Assembly: GCA_030704615.1 (NCBI GenBank) | Contig: CM060733.1 | Location: forward strand, 66,526,001-66,590,000 | From: Takakia lepidozioides | Lineage: Eukaryota > Plantae > Bryophyta | Reading direction: 5' to 3' | Length of the DNA stretch: 64,000 nucleotides | Shown: positions 47,099-59,864 of the stretch, one piece after another | Layout of the letters: each line of letters starts with the position of its first letter | How positions within the stretch are numbered: the stretch's first letter is position 1 | Made by a program: the position numbers and the translations under genes | The notes under the pieces: generated by a model | The model's input: only the letters and a program-made list of their open reading frames with translations | Told to the model about the DNA's origin: nothing | The model's database searches: none

Positions 47099-50000
47099 GA
47101 TTTGGTACTATGGTTGTAGAAGAAGGGAAAGATTAAAGCTTCTAAGCTTAAATCACCATGGAAAGGACCTTATGTCATACAGAAGATGTATGATAACAAC
47201 ACAGCCATGTTACAAACCATTAACAAAGAGATGATGGGAAGAGTCAATGCCAATAAGTTGAAGGGATACAGTGGTATCCATGACAATCCATTGCGGCACG
47301 ATTTGCATGTTGAAACACAGAAACAGTCACGGGCTACACCGGCGATACCAATGGAGTATGGAGCACTTGTCATTAAGCCGAGTGTGTATGGCCAGGGCGG
47401 AAGGTACAGGTGTTTGCATAGCTATCACAGCCCACCACAGTGTCACACAGTCTATCACAACACATCACAGCATCACACAGCCTATCACAGCTCGTCACAG
47501 TCTGACACAGTCCATAGGGTTAGTGACAGGTGGATGCGGGTTAACGTCAGAAAAGTGGCCGGCGGGTGAAATGACAGCTTGGAAGTCAAACTCGGAGAAT
47601 GTGCCACGCAACACGTGGCCACTAGGCCGAAGCACACCGCGGTGCATATATTGCAAAAGTGGGTGTCATCATGCAAGAGGACAAACTGGGCCGTCAAAGT
47701 ACCTAACCGGTACAGCAGCCAAAACTATTTGTGGGCCCATTAATGCATTCAGGGCAAAAGTAACAGAACACTTCACGAGTACAGAAAATGGGGACTTTTG
47801 CCACATGTGCTGTCCTAGTGGACATTCCAGGTGGGAATGTCCACTGAGGGGTGTAAAATTAAGAAGTTACCCAAGGAGGCAACAACCAATCAGGAGCGAG
47901 AATTTTATGCAGGTGGTTCCCTCCAAGAAACAAGAACAAGAAATTAGCGGAAGAGTCGGGGTGACTCCGAATAACCAGTGTCTCGACGGGAGGGGCAATC
48001 AAAGCTCTAGCTTTGTAGCTATGGCGGATATTACAGATTATACGCTCGCTTTACTTCTTACGCAGTGGCGCAAGGATGGACGGGTTGAGAGTACATTCTC
48101 TCTCACTCGATACTTACAAGCCCCACAGGCTTACACGCACTTACCCATTCCATTTTGTGCCAACCATACTTTTATGCTCTACGCCTTGCAAGCTTTCTTA
48201 GAGCTATTTCAAACAAGGCCATCTTGTTTGTCTGGAATGAAGAGAATTTGGGAAATGGAGGATGTCAGGGTGAAGAGCACCACGATTCTGCAGAAGCAGA
48301 CAATTGCTACACCTCAGGTAGTGCAGCTGTGGAAGGAGTTGCGATTGGAGGGACTGCTACGCAAGGAATGGTCCTTGCATCATAGGGCGTTCATGATACA
48401 ATTCATTCAGAACTTTGAACCTCAGACGGGAGTTACACAAGTGAGGGGAGTAGATGTAGAGATTACTCCCCAATACTTGCAGCAATTGTTTGAATTGCCC
48501 TCAGGCCGTGTAAATGTCGATGAGCACAGGGCAAGATTGCAGATAGGCAATTTGTTCCAAGAAGGGAGTTTCTTTAAGACTCAGGGATACACTTGCACCA
48601 AGGCCGAGTACCCAGGGTTAAAAGAAGTTGGTCAGGTTCTGATCGTTCTGTTTGCCATGAAACAAAACCAACAATACCTTAGCAGATCATTCACGGAGGA
48701 GATACTGAAAGCCTTGAGGGGGGAAGATGTGGCTTGGGCGGACTTAATGTACAATGGTTTGGTGGAAGAGATGAAGCGGTTACAAGGCACTGCTGCTAAG
48801 TCTCCAATCGTTGTGACTGGCCCAGTGATTGCGCAAATTATTCTTGATTCTTGCATACTTGATGCGCAAGAACGTAAGGAGATGGGAGTGTTTGAGGCAG
48901 CAACTACTGCAATTGAGGAGCAGGGCTCTTCACATGGTGAAGGTGGATTGGAGGGGCGGCACCAGTCCAAGAGACAAAAGAGGGACACGACTATAGTGGC
49001 AAATCCACTAGCTTCAAGGAAACCGCGAAATGATGATGTTTCCATAGCTCTTGTGCAAGATGGGGAACAGCAGCACCGAGGGCTGTTATTACTGGAAGCA
49101 CAACCTTTGGAGAGGGAAGAAGAAGTCACTTTGATACCACAGCCATCACAGCCAGTTGACTCGGTTGTCTCAGAGGTCCCTCAGTTAGTACATGTTGTTG
49201 CACCAGAGCCTATTGCTCTGGAAGGAGAAGGGTTGGACATTCCCACTACAGAGCAGGTCGTGGCAGACATTGAGAAGGGTGACCTTCTCTATGAAAACTC
49301 TAGCTTGGTCAGGGAACCAGTGGTACCAGAGGTGCAGAGTTTGTCCAAGGAAATCCCTGCTGTGCATATAATACCCAAATCTTTGGCGGAGGTTCCAGAG
49401 GTAGAATGTCAAGGCATTGCAGCGCCTATGGAGAATGAGGTCGTTCAGGAAGAAGATCTTGTGGGAACGTGGCCTGAATGGTTGGTGAAACATCACAATA
49501 TGGAGGATCAGGGAGAACAGTAGTAAGTTCACCATGAAGATCCACAGCAGGCCATGCTTATGAGTTCCATAAGCAGGACACTCAATTTGTTGGGCACTTA
49601 TGTGACATCCCATGTTCCATCTACACAATTGGCAGCTTTGAGGGAGGAACTCAAGCAAGAGTTTGAGGCTAGAATTGCCACTGAGTGTGCAAACAAGGTG
49701 GATGTGGAGGCCAACCTCAAATTGCAGAAAGAATTGGAGGACACCAAGGCTGCCCTGCAGCTAGCAAAGGGGAAGCTGATTGAAGCGGGTCTGGAGCAGG
49801 GGAAATTGCATGAAGTACATAAGCAACAGCTATACCAATTGCAGGTGCAGCATGAGGGCAAATTGCAGGAAGTGAAGGTGCTTCATACAGAGTTGGAGAC
49901 AGTTCATCAAAGAATGACCATACAATGTGCCACAGTAACAATTGCTCTGGAGCAAATTGCGTTAGAAGTTGACAGACAAGCAGAGAGATGTATGATGGCC

Positions 50001-52140
50001 GAAACTGAGACAGTAGAGCAGCGGAAAATTATTGCTGATCTGAAGGCTACTCTCCGTCGCAATGAGGATACTTTCCAACAGTACAGTCAGGTTGAGGCTG
50101 AGAAGGAAAGGTTCATCCTGCAGTTGCAGCAATCACTCACGGGCCACAATAATGAACTCTCTGTGGCTAACAAGGCTTGGAAGGAAGCCAATAATTTGGC
50201 TGCTGCCTATGCGGCCCTGGTTGAACCTCATGCGAAGCGCATGGAGGCTTTACAGCAGCAGTTAGATGTGTACAGACTCAAGGAGGAGCAGACTCTTCTT
50301 CTCTGCCATCTGGAGTGCGTAGTCCTCCGCCATGTCAAAAGGTTCCTCTGAAGAACCAGTAGTATCAGAATCATCTTTCCCCCGGAGGTGTTTTGGCGGC
50401 CGAACTTTAAGTGGCTCCTGCGGAATCCTGCGTGGCATACAATGTTGGCCCACCATGTCTGGAAGCTTAAACTGTACTACTTGTTGTAAACGCTTGCAAG
50501 CAAAATGAGTGAACTCCCTGAACTCCTTGGCCGTATAGGTGAGAGGTGTGCCAATGACTTTGGAACAGTGTAAGTATTTCCAAGCTTCATGTCCCTTATA
50601 GAAAATATCATCAGGGCCCAATTTTTCTTTGACCAAGTTGTTCCAAGCCAAATTAAACCATGAACGAAGCTGGGAATCCTTCTGCATCATGACTTTCGCA
50701 TCATAGAGATACATATGGGGTGGAACTGAAGGTAAGACCCAATGATCCCCACTGGAATAACTCAAAAATTGTGATTGCATCTTCTGCTGCTCAATGTGAT
50801 AACGTGCCATGAATTAATTCCTTCAGCATGGTGCTTGCCTCAGACCAGTACCTTGCAAAATGATGATCCTCAATGGGTCGATTGTTCGGAAGAACCTTTG
50901 TCCGAGTTGCCACTGGCAACCAAATGCGCATGATCTGGTAATAATGTGCCAAAGATTGTGGAGGACTGAATTCCTTCCAAGCCAAATCCATCACAATGGG
51001 AATTTGGTTGAAGGGCATAATCATAGCCCGATTGTACTCCCGCGCAGCAGGAGTCCTAGGTGGGTTGAAAGCAGCATCCCCCCAAACCTCAGACTATGGC
51101 TGCGCCATGTTATCAACAGCGTCAGCCACTTGCACAGCCACCTGCTGTAGAGGTTGTGATATTGCCGCCACTGTCCCTCCTACTGCTGGCAACTCTTGCA
51201 CCTCCTGTGATGAAGACTGGAAAATCAGAGTCCTGGCATGCAAATAAGTAGCCACCAGCTGCTCCTCAGGAACAAAAACTCTTTTGTTAATATTGGAACT
51301 CAGGTCATCCACTTGAGTTTGCAGGCCTTCCACATCATCCTGTAACTCCGCTATCCGACTATAGACATTGTCTATAGTAGTTGTGGCAATGTTCTGCACC
51401 TGCAATCTAAGATCATTCATCTCCCCCTGAGTGAGCTTCCGTGGTGCCTTCCCGTCTACCGGGCCCTGTGTTAACCATACTTGCATAAGATGATTATCCA
51501 CCAAGTCCTGTGTAGCACCCCTATGCCTGAGAGGTTACCTCGTTATCAACCACAGGCAGGTTAGACATTTCCATTTGGTGCTCAATCACCTCCATCAGCC
51601 AGTGACAGGGCTCGAGCTTGCACACAGAGCCCTTCAAGAGACTCGCACCGTCAGAAGGGTGCTCGCTCACAAAGGTTTGCTGCTCCTAAGCAGTAAACCG
51701 TGAGGTCACGGCTTTTTGAGAGGGGGAGGGGTAATGTTAGAGGTCTGTTTGGGACTTAGACGCTTTTACGGGTTCTGTGGGGTACCCTTAATTTTGCGCA
51801 GACTTACACATGGTAGACTTAGGCCACACAGGTTTAGGGGTGGTAGACAGGCTCACACAGTCAAGTCATGGGTTATCACAGCCCGACACAGCACGACACA
51901 GCCCGACACAGCTTTACACAGCCAGTCACAGTTCGGCACAGTCACAGCCCAACACAGTTTGGCACAGCCCGTCACAGCGCACAGAGGGAACGGTTTATCA
52001 TTAGCAGGGAACTACTGTGTGGGAACGACATCTGCAGAGGGAACGTGTTACTTCAGGGGTGACAGTTAGTTAGTTATGCGGTTGGAACAGCTTGCAGGTA
52101 GATTAGGCAGAGCAGCACCAGGTAGGGGATCACTTCACGG
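47099..52140 (+). mobile_element. Family G copy 2: IN C-terminus, extension ORF with internal inversion, PPT and partial 3' LTR
   Basis: SKLKSPWKGPY; ORFs 47271-49523 and 49554-50351; inverted block ~50293-51522; PPT 51718-31; LTR from 51735 (TGTTAGAGG), truncated near 52140. Confidence 0.92.
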
Positions 52141-53259
52141 GGAGTTTTTCTTGGTCACGCGCTGTACTTTGTCATTCACGGCTGCCCACCCCCCCCCCCC
52201 AATCCTCCACTACATATGTGTTTATATATTTTTTCTGATTTCATGCAGGGCAGACCTCGGGACCTGGAAATCGCATCTTGACTGCATTTGACTCCCTTGC
52301 TAGGGCTGCATGAGAGGTTGTCCTGGCTGTGCAGGGTCATGAAAATGAGGGAACTGTCCGTAAGGCTGGCCAGGTCCAGCAGACTGCCTTCAGCAGGCTG
52401 GCGAGAGGTCTCAGCAGACTGGCGGGGACTGTCAGCAGACTGGCCTGGAGTTAAACTAGCTGTTAGAATAAGACAGTTCTATATTTAAACCCTAAGATGT
52501 TTCTAGCTCATCCTCATAAGGCGTACGTTCATCCAAGCTACATCCTACATCCATTCATCCAAGCCGAATAAACAGGTGAGGTGGAATCCCACCTCCACAT
52601 GCCGTAATGCAGATACAAGTGTATTTTCTCTATCACACTTGTAAGTACAGTTAATTAAACCTCAACACAGTTTAGGGTTACCTTCTATGTGACCTGTTCT
52701 CCCGTTGTGCTGATGTCACACGAAGGGAGAATGGGTCCATACACCCTCTTCCATGCACTTCCATGGATGTCGAGACCCCTGTGCAGGGCCTGGCCGGGTC
52801 CCGTGCAGCGGAGCCCTCACTTTTGGTGAGGCGTTGGGAGTACGCGGGATCCCGTTCTCCATGGTTGACCTACACTAGCCAGTATTTTTCCTCCCATGAC
52901 TTGCTAAATAGGTTACCTTCTTCGACACATTCCGCGCATACATTTTGTGCATACAGAGTCTTCCGCTGCCATAGTTTTTTTTTGAGTTTCGCAGAGTAGC
53001 AGGTAGCAACAATGCAAGCTCTTCTTGAAGAGAGTTTTTTTACAAGAAACAGAGGATGTGTATTTTGCTTGCGATTCCATTTGTTCTGCTCGCTTTCGGG
53101 CTGCCACTGGAGTGTGTAGCCGTATGCAATCATCAAACGTGGTGGCTGAAGCAAGTTGCAATGTAGTGGCCACTGCAGAAGTCGCGGAAACCATTGTAGT
53201 GGAAGCCGACATCTCAAAGTTGAAATCCATAAATTTGGGCTGTGTGTGGAGGAGGGCGA

Positions 53260-53622
53260 TCACATTCTGTACAACAGAAAGATGTGCCTACAGATACAAT
53301 CAAGCGCGGGAAAATACGGAAACTCGAAGGTGCGGGGAATAAGCCTTTTTTTTGTCACACGCGTGCAAAAGTGCCGGTGGAATCCACCAGACGGGTTTAG
53401 TTCCACGGTGGTGCATGGAAATGGGTGTGAATGGATGTGACCCATGGTCAATGGATACGACCCGCAGTCAAACCATTTTTGGATGACGTCATGTAACGGG
53501 AATGGGTTTACATCGAAGGTAACCCTTAGTCCAACCCTAAATTCTTTCAGATAGAAATAGGTTGGCGGTGATGCCTGGTGGGGTCCAATATCTGATGGGA
53601 GATCATGTGACTCTGTGTACAC
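53260..53622 (-). pseudogene. Possible JAB/MPN (JAMM)-like fragment
   Basis: LTMGHIHSHPFP...NPSG resembles GWxHSHP..S..D; the final Asp is only reachable by a frameshift. Confidence 0.2.
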
Positions 53623-55388
53623 TGCCCTTACTGCCCCTCTCGACCAAATAGAAGAATACTTAAAACCTTCTCAATGAGTTTGTTGGCCCTACCTTTAGCA
53701 GGGACTATGCATTCGTTTGCATGGAAGCAGCTTAGGAGCTTATATCTTGAGTGGGTCCCAACTGGGCATTCTTTATGTTCCATATGTGCTCCATTGGTAA
53801 ATGAATGTAAGTTTATTTCTATGCATTGCACTTAGGTACCTTATATATTGAGTGGGTCTCAATTGAGCACATGTTCTTTATGTTCCATATATCTTCCATT
53901 GAATGGTGAGTTAGTACGCATTACATTGAAGGGCCTCTCATTTTACAATATTAGGGTCTTGAATGCAAGCGTGCGAGAAGGACGATGGGCCCGTCGTTGG
54001 AAGATGTTCCCTTAGGTGACTGTGATGCTGTAGCTCCTGTAGGCAAGTCCGGTTTAGCTTGTGCCTCGTTGACCTGCTCGGAAGGAAGCTGCCAAAGAGG
54101 TTCACACCAGGGCAGAGTGCCGTGAACAAGGGCGCCGAATTCACAAATCTTTGCAAGGAGCCTATGCTGCACGATTGTTGCTCAAGTTGCATTCCAGGGA
54201 AATAGCTCTCCAAATTCCATTTGCAAGTGCCAAGGAGCAGCTGCAAAGGGGAGAATCACTCAGCTGGGCTGTGCTTGGCATTCCACAATTCTCTGTGAGC
54301 CTTGAGTTGGGCATAGAGCTTGAAAGCTTTTTGGCGCCCAACAAACCAAGCCCCTTGCGGTTGTGGGAGCTGGTGAAAGACGGGTCGGCCATCCTGCTTG
54401 CTAATCTACAACCTAGGATTCCACCTGCTCTAACCCGGGACCGCACTTGGGAGGAAATCATTTCTGGCATTGCTTCTAACAATTTCCCGTGTTGTTCCAG
54501 TGATGTTGTTGTGTTTCTAGGAGTGTGTTTTGCCAAGAAAATGTTGGTTTGTGCAATCCTCCCTGCGCGGAGAGATATCCCACTCATACCCTCTTGATTA
54601 AGGAGAAGGTCATCCGGAGCATAGTCTGAGTCACTTTTTGGCTCAAGACCGAGAGGCAGGTGTGGCAGTCTCTGGGTGAAGGCGTGTACCTGCTGCACAA
54701 ACACCGCTACATAACCTCTCACTGTGTGGTAGGGTAGGAGACGATCATTTAGTGCTCCTTCGGACAGCGGAGGAGATGGAATGGACGCCGCTAGTGAGAG
54801 AAACAAAACTGAACGGGGAGAAACTTTTGGAGATTACAAACAGAAAGGCCCTGCGGCCAATGAAGAACCTACAGTTGATCATGTTGAAGATTTGTGTGAA
54901 TGTAGAATAATAGAAATTTTCAATTAAGCTTTTATTGTAAAAAAAATTAGTATATTTTTCCGTTGATATACTCTGCGATACCATCGATATTGCTGTAATA
55001 GAATAGTGTTCCTCGATATTTTGTGAACAGCCAAAAGACTGTCCGTGATTGGATAATAGGAAATTTGGATGGATGACTATTTTGGATGGATAGAAGAGGT
55101 TGGGCAGTTATAGAAGTTGTTGGAACAACTCTACTATTTATTTCGTTCATGTGAAGTAGATGTGTCAGATAAGCCAGAGAGCCGTGACCAAAGTAAAATG
55201 TTTGTGTGTAGGAGTTGTAGAATCTATGAGATAGAATCTTACATCAATGGTAGGGTAGATCGGCAATACTATTCTTATTGTTGTTGGGAGAAGTAAAGGA
55301 GGGAATTCAATCGAGTATTTTCTGTGTAAGTACCAGACTGATGGAATGATTTGTAACTGATGTATTGAATGTTTATCTTCTGTATGAG

Positions 55389-55680
55389 ATGGTGAGAATG
55401 TGCATTATTGGAGGAGATAAGAGTTCTGTGCGTGAATTAATCCATGGGTTACCAAGAGATGTATCGATTCTGATATTTAAGAGTCTATCTGTAATGATGC
55501 AGAATTAGTGCAACTAGAGTGTAAATAAAGCCTGGAAAAAAGGAGTTATCAGTTCTATATAAACATTGTCATCTGCAACGTAAGTGGATCCAGATGTGGT
55601 GTTGTCCTTTAGATGGATATCCAGAATATATGAAGGCACGAATCAAAGACTTTGGAGTAGGAAGACCTCAATTGAATTAA
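55389..55680 (+). pseudogene. Frameshifted F-box mini-ORF inside the LTR (paralog 1)
   Basis: RELIHGLPRDVSILIFKSL / CNDAELVQL / VNKAWK / KELSVLYK aligns with ORF 55717. Confidence 0.65.
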
Positions 55681-55716
55681 TCGAGAGAGATTAATAAAGA
55701 AGGAAAGGGAATTTGA

Positions 55717-56025
55717 ATGGAAAAGTCAAAGGATGAGGAAGTAAAAGAATCGTCCGAGTTGATTACTAATCTACCAGACAATCTGTCAATAGATATCTTT
55801 AAGAAGCTTTGTTGCAGTGACATGGAGATTATCCGATTACAACTTGTGAATAAGGGATGGTATAGGGAATTATCGATTATGTATAAAGAAGACTATTGGA
55901 GGAAAAATATAGTTGAGCAATGGTATTTAATTTCAGCCGATGGAGTAGAGTTAATAGAGGATGGAGAGAATATTTATGAAACCGGAAGAATGATGAATGT
56001 GTTAGATGAAGATGACTGGTGGTAA
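55717..56025 (+). CDS. F-box mini-protein (102 aa) inside the LTR (paralog 2)
   Basis: ELITNLPDNLSIDIFKKL..IIRLQLVNKGW fits the F-box consensus LP...I+..L...L..V.K.W; intact ATG to TAA. Confidence 0.7.
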   Translation: MEKSKDEEVKESSELITNLPDNLSIDIFKKLCCSDMEIIRLQLVNKGWYRELSIMYKEDYWRKNIVEQWYLISADGVELIEDGENIYETGRMMNVLDEDDWW

Positions 56026-56171
56026 AAGTCGATCCAAGGAAGAAATAGAGAGAGATAGAATAGTCTAGCATCGTTATTCACAATCGTATAGTGCTAATTT
56101 CCCTGCGAAAGAACCTCGAAACTAATTGATCCTTTTCCTGGGGTTGATTCTATTTTTATTCTACATCTTTT

Positions 56172-56189
56172 TGGCGCCGCTGCCGGGGA
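56172..56189 (+). promoter_or_regulatory. Primer-binding site, tRNA-Asp (Athila) type
   Basis: TGGCGCCGCTGCCGGGGA. Confidence 0.85.
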
Positions 56190-56272
56190 AAGACGATGCG
56201 GTTTGCAATAAAAATGATGCTTTAATAAACTTTCAAGATATTTTCTTTTTAAGGTTGTTGAAGGAAGACGAG

Positions 56273-57197
56273 ATGACAGGGGAAGTCATTCGTAACAGTA
56301 AGGTTCCACCACCTGGGTTAAAGTTATGTCCTTTTTGCAATCCACGGAATCAGCACAAAAAAACAGAAATTCCGGAGTGTTTTTGGAGTCAGAGGAAGAA
56401 GGCTAAAACGATTGAACCTTCGGGATTTGAGCCTAAGGAATATGGCGATGTTATCACTGGCGATAGCCAAGGAGGAGCTGATCCAGCTCCCACCTAAACA
56501 AGAGGACCAGGCAACGACACTCGAATTGTCTGTCGCAAGAAATCAGGGAGATCGTCCTGTGTTCTCGATAAAGAAGAAGGGGTTATGGGGAATGAGGGAG
56601 TCCCCCGTGAGAACGGAGCATCAGGCTAAGGCAAGGGCTGGTCGATTGGCAATGCGGATAGCACGACGTGCATTATTAGCCGCACAGCTAGCGGCAGTAT
56701 TGGCACCGCCTAACGTACCTCCTATTGCACCTCCTATCGTATCTATTGTACCGCCTATTGTACTAGCACCAATGGTTGCTATACCGATTGGAGTTAACTT
56801 ACAGTCGATTCTGGTGGTGGTGAACTTGGGAGGTCCGGACGATAGACCAGTCAATGTATCGCCTATGCCACCGGTGAAAGAGGAAATCATAGTGTTTGTG
56901 TGGGACTGCAGGGGAACCTAAAGTTCACGGGACTACATGGATCAGACCCCGATCGGCATTTGGCTCAGTTTATGACGGCTTGTATCGCCAATAATGCCAG
57001 GACAGAAGATTGGTGGCGGACGATGTTTCCCGCTACGTTGCGTGAGCTGGCTTTTCAGTGGTACGATCGTCAACCTAGTGTGGCATCTTTACTGATTGGA
57101 ATGCCCTATGACTCAATTCAGGCCCTTGGGGTTTCCCGATCGGTTGCGTGAGCAATTGACCAAGCTCCATGTGGTAGAAGGAGAATCAGTCGGCTCA
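56273..57197 (+). pseudogene. gag: Athila-like gag 5' part, interrupted at ~57198
   Basis: KFTGLHGSDPDRHLAQFMTACIANNA..MFPATLRELAFQWYDRQP; paralog of 24454-25922. Confidence 0.85.
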
Positions 57198-58550
57198 TAG
57201 GGCTCAGATGATTTACCATGATATTACTCTATGGAATTCCCGTATGTACTCTTTCATTTCAACTGGGCTTGATGTTTCAAGGGCTTTGAACTGCCCCTTT
57301 GAACTATTGTCTACCAGTTATCTGAACGTCAGAGTAATCACTTTTTGTTAGGACCTGCCTTTCAAAGAGACTTTCCATATATGGGTTCGGAGCTTTTTTT
57401 GTAACCATCTTATGGTCAAGGGCTCAACATAGAATTCTGGTGGTGCACAGGTACAATGCTCCGTAAGCTCTGTGCCCACCTCTCTTTTTCAAACAAACAA
57501 TTTGTTTGTATTTTAACAAACTACTACATGGGCCTACCAGTGGCTGTTTGTCAGGATAGAATGCATGCCTTGTATAAGGTCTGGTGTTGAACATGAGCTA
57601 AGCTTGGAGTGAAACAGTGGTAGTTGGAACCTGTATATGTACATTCTACATGATCCGGTCAATGTACAGCTACATCTAGTCTGTTCTCCATGGCTGATGT
57701 CTGTTGCACATAGCCCTTTATCTAAGGTAGTCTTTTGTCTTTACTACTTGGGTCTGATCCCGTGAATTATATATATCTTTGGAGTTCTAAAAAGTGGATG
57801 ATTGTTGAGAGTGTAGGGTAAATGAGTGGATTGGATTTTTCCAATACTCGACTACACTACGGAGAAAGAGGGTTTGTTTTAAGAGATTGAGTTTGGTATC
57901 ACTCCCCTGAGGTGCACGAGTGCATACCACACTCACTTACTCTCTATAAGGGATCATACCAGGGAATATGGTGGAGGGCTCCCTCTCTCCCTCTCTTAAA
58001 TCCACGGGGGGGTCACTATATGTATTTTTCCCATATCACGTGCGTACAAAGGTATATTTATACTAGGCTATATTTTTAAAGTTTGGCATTTTTTTCCACC
58101 CTATCTTTGGGTAATATTGTAAACCCCTTTGTTTTCTATCACCCTATTTTTTATAATTTGTTTTTGCAACAATTAATTAGACCATATTCTAAATTGTCCT
58201 TTTAAATAATTATAAAAAAATTCAAAGCTTGTACACAAACAAGTACATTTCATATAACATAAGTCAAACGCCGAACCCAAGAAAAAGTTTAATTTTCATT
58301 AGCCACGAACTCATTCAAAGCCGTAACATCACTTGGATCTAAAGAGTACAAGTTTTGAGATGGTTCAAATGTCATAGTCACTGTTGAGATTATGGTATTA
58401 ACATCAATCTACTGTGTATCACTGGAATCATATTTGAACTTCAGGTGACCTCTACCTGATTTCATCCTGATAGATTAGAGCTAGATGAAATATGAGAAAA
58501 TTCACGATGATAGATACATTATATTGTAGATAAACCCCTTTATTACACGA

Positions 58551-59864
58551 AGTTAGGCTGCCAAAGAACAGAGTCCCACTACCAACGCCTACGCCACTAA
58601 CACCTCAAAGCATGGAAAGATCGATCACAGGAGAGGGTTCGGAGGATACCAGTCAACAACCAAGAGTGACACCGCAACAATATGCCAAAATGGCCAGAGG
58701 CTGGGTCAGGTAGATCCAAGATCCTTAATCACTTTTACAAGGGAAGGATATCTATGTCGCCTATGGATTTAATACTTCAAGTGCCTGGTGAATTTGAGAA
58801 ATTGAAGGGACTGGTAAAAATTGTTGAAAGATCCGTGTCAAAGGAGACAAGTGCAGCAGGCTCAAGGTGATTAGCACAGTTGGTGCAAAGGATAGGAGGA
58901 AAGGGTTATACTGCCGTATTGTATGCCTACAATGGAAGAGTGAGGGCACTTCATTCATTGGTGACCATTGGGGATTATCAAGTCATGGGACAAGTGGACA
59001 CAGGAGCCATAATTTCTGTAATGGCAGCAAGTACCGTTCGTGATTTGGAATTAATGAAATCAGTCATTATAGACAAAGAAATGTCATACAGGGTGGCTTC
59101 AGGCGCAGTGGAGACTGCCATGGGTAGATTGGACGATATACACATTACTGTGGGAAAGTTGACAAACAAAGTATCATTCATTGTGGTCAACATAGATACA
59201 TACAACATGCTGCTGGGATTGGATTTCTTAAAAAAAATCGGTGCAGCAGTAGACACTGAGACAAAAGATGTTAAGGATCAAATACGGGCCAGGTGATGAT
59301 GTGGAGTTTTTCCCATTACACATAGTGAACCAAGTCGACATGGAGCTAACCAGATTTCAAGAATTATGTGAACATCTTAGGGTTGAGCCACTAGAGGATG
59401 AAGCTGCAGAGATCAACACAATATCATTGGCAACTCCAAGAGCCATGACCGCTATCATCCCAGAATTTGAAACATCAGAGGATAGTTCCCAGGATGAAGA
59501 AAAAGGGGAGGGCTTGCAGGATGAAGATGAACATCAGGAGAACCAAATGACCTCACATGTATAAGGGAAATAGGGTAGTTTCTTGACAAGCGGGGAGGAA
59601 GAACTAGCAGATGATGGATCAATGAGCAGGATAGAAAAGGAAGTTTATGACGCCATGGCACAGATGCTAATAAGAGGAGCCTACGCGCAGGCATATGAAG
59701 CTGAGACGCTTGATCAGGCTGACTCAGATGACGATTACTTGGACTGGGAGAAGACAGTAGGGCACCAAGAGCTGGAGGCTCAGCAAATTTTCATGGCTGC
59801 TAAACACCCTGGAAAGGATTCACTGGGCACAACCAATGAAACAGGGATTGAAGATGACCGCTAG
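58551..59864 (+). pseudogene. Gypsy gag-protease fragment
   Basis: GQVDTGAIISVM...YNMLLGLDFL aspartyl-protease motifs; stops and frameshifts. Confidence 0.8.

Larger units (their letters stand above)
54901..56165 (+). repeat. 5' LTR (1,265 bp) of an Athila-like Gypsy element
   Basis: 10-bp inverted termini TGTAGAATAA...TTATTCTACA, followed by PBS and gag. Confidence 0.8.

Noticed and set aside
52486-53540. AAACCCTA telo-box-like words as telomeric repeats
   Set aside because: Isolated single copies, not an array.
54151-54806. Overlapping 148-aa and 214-aa ORFs
   Set aside because: No recognisable motif on either strand; a call cannot be supported.
57198-58550. Insertion starting TAGGG as a hAT element
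   Set aside because: No matching CCCTA end or 8-bp TSD found; content unidentified.
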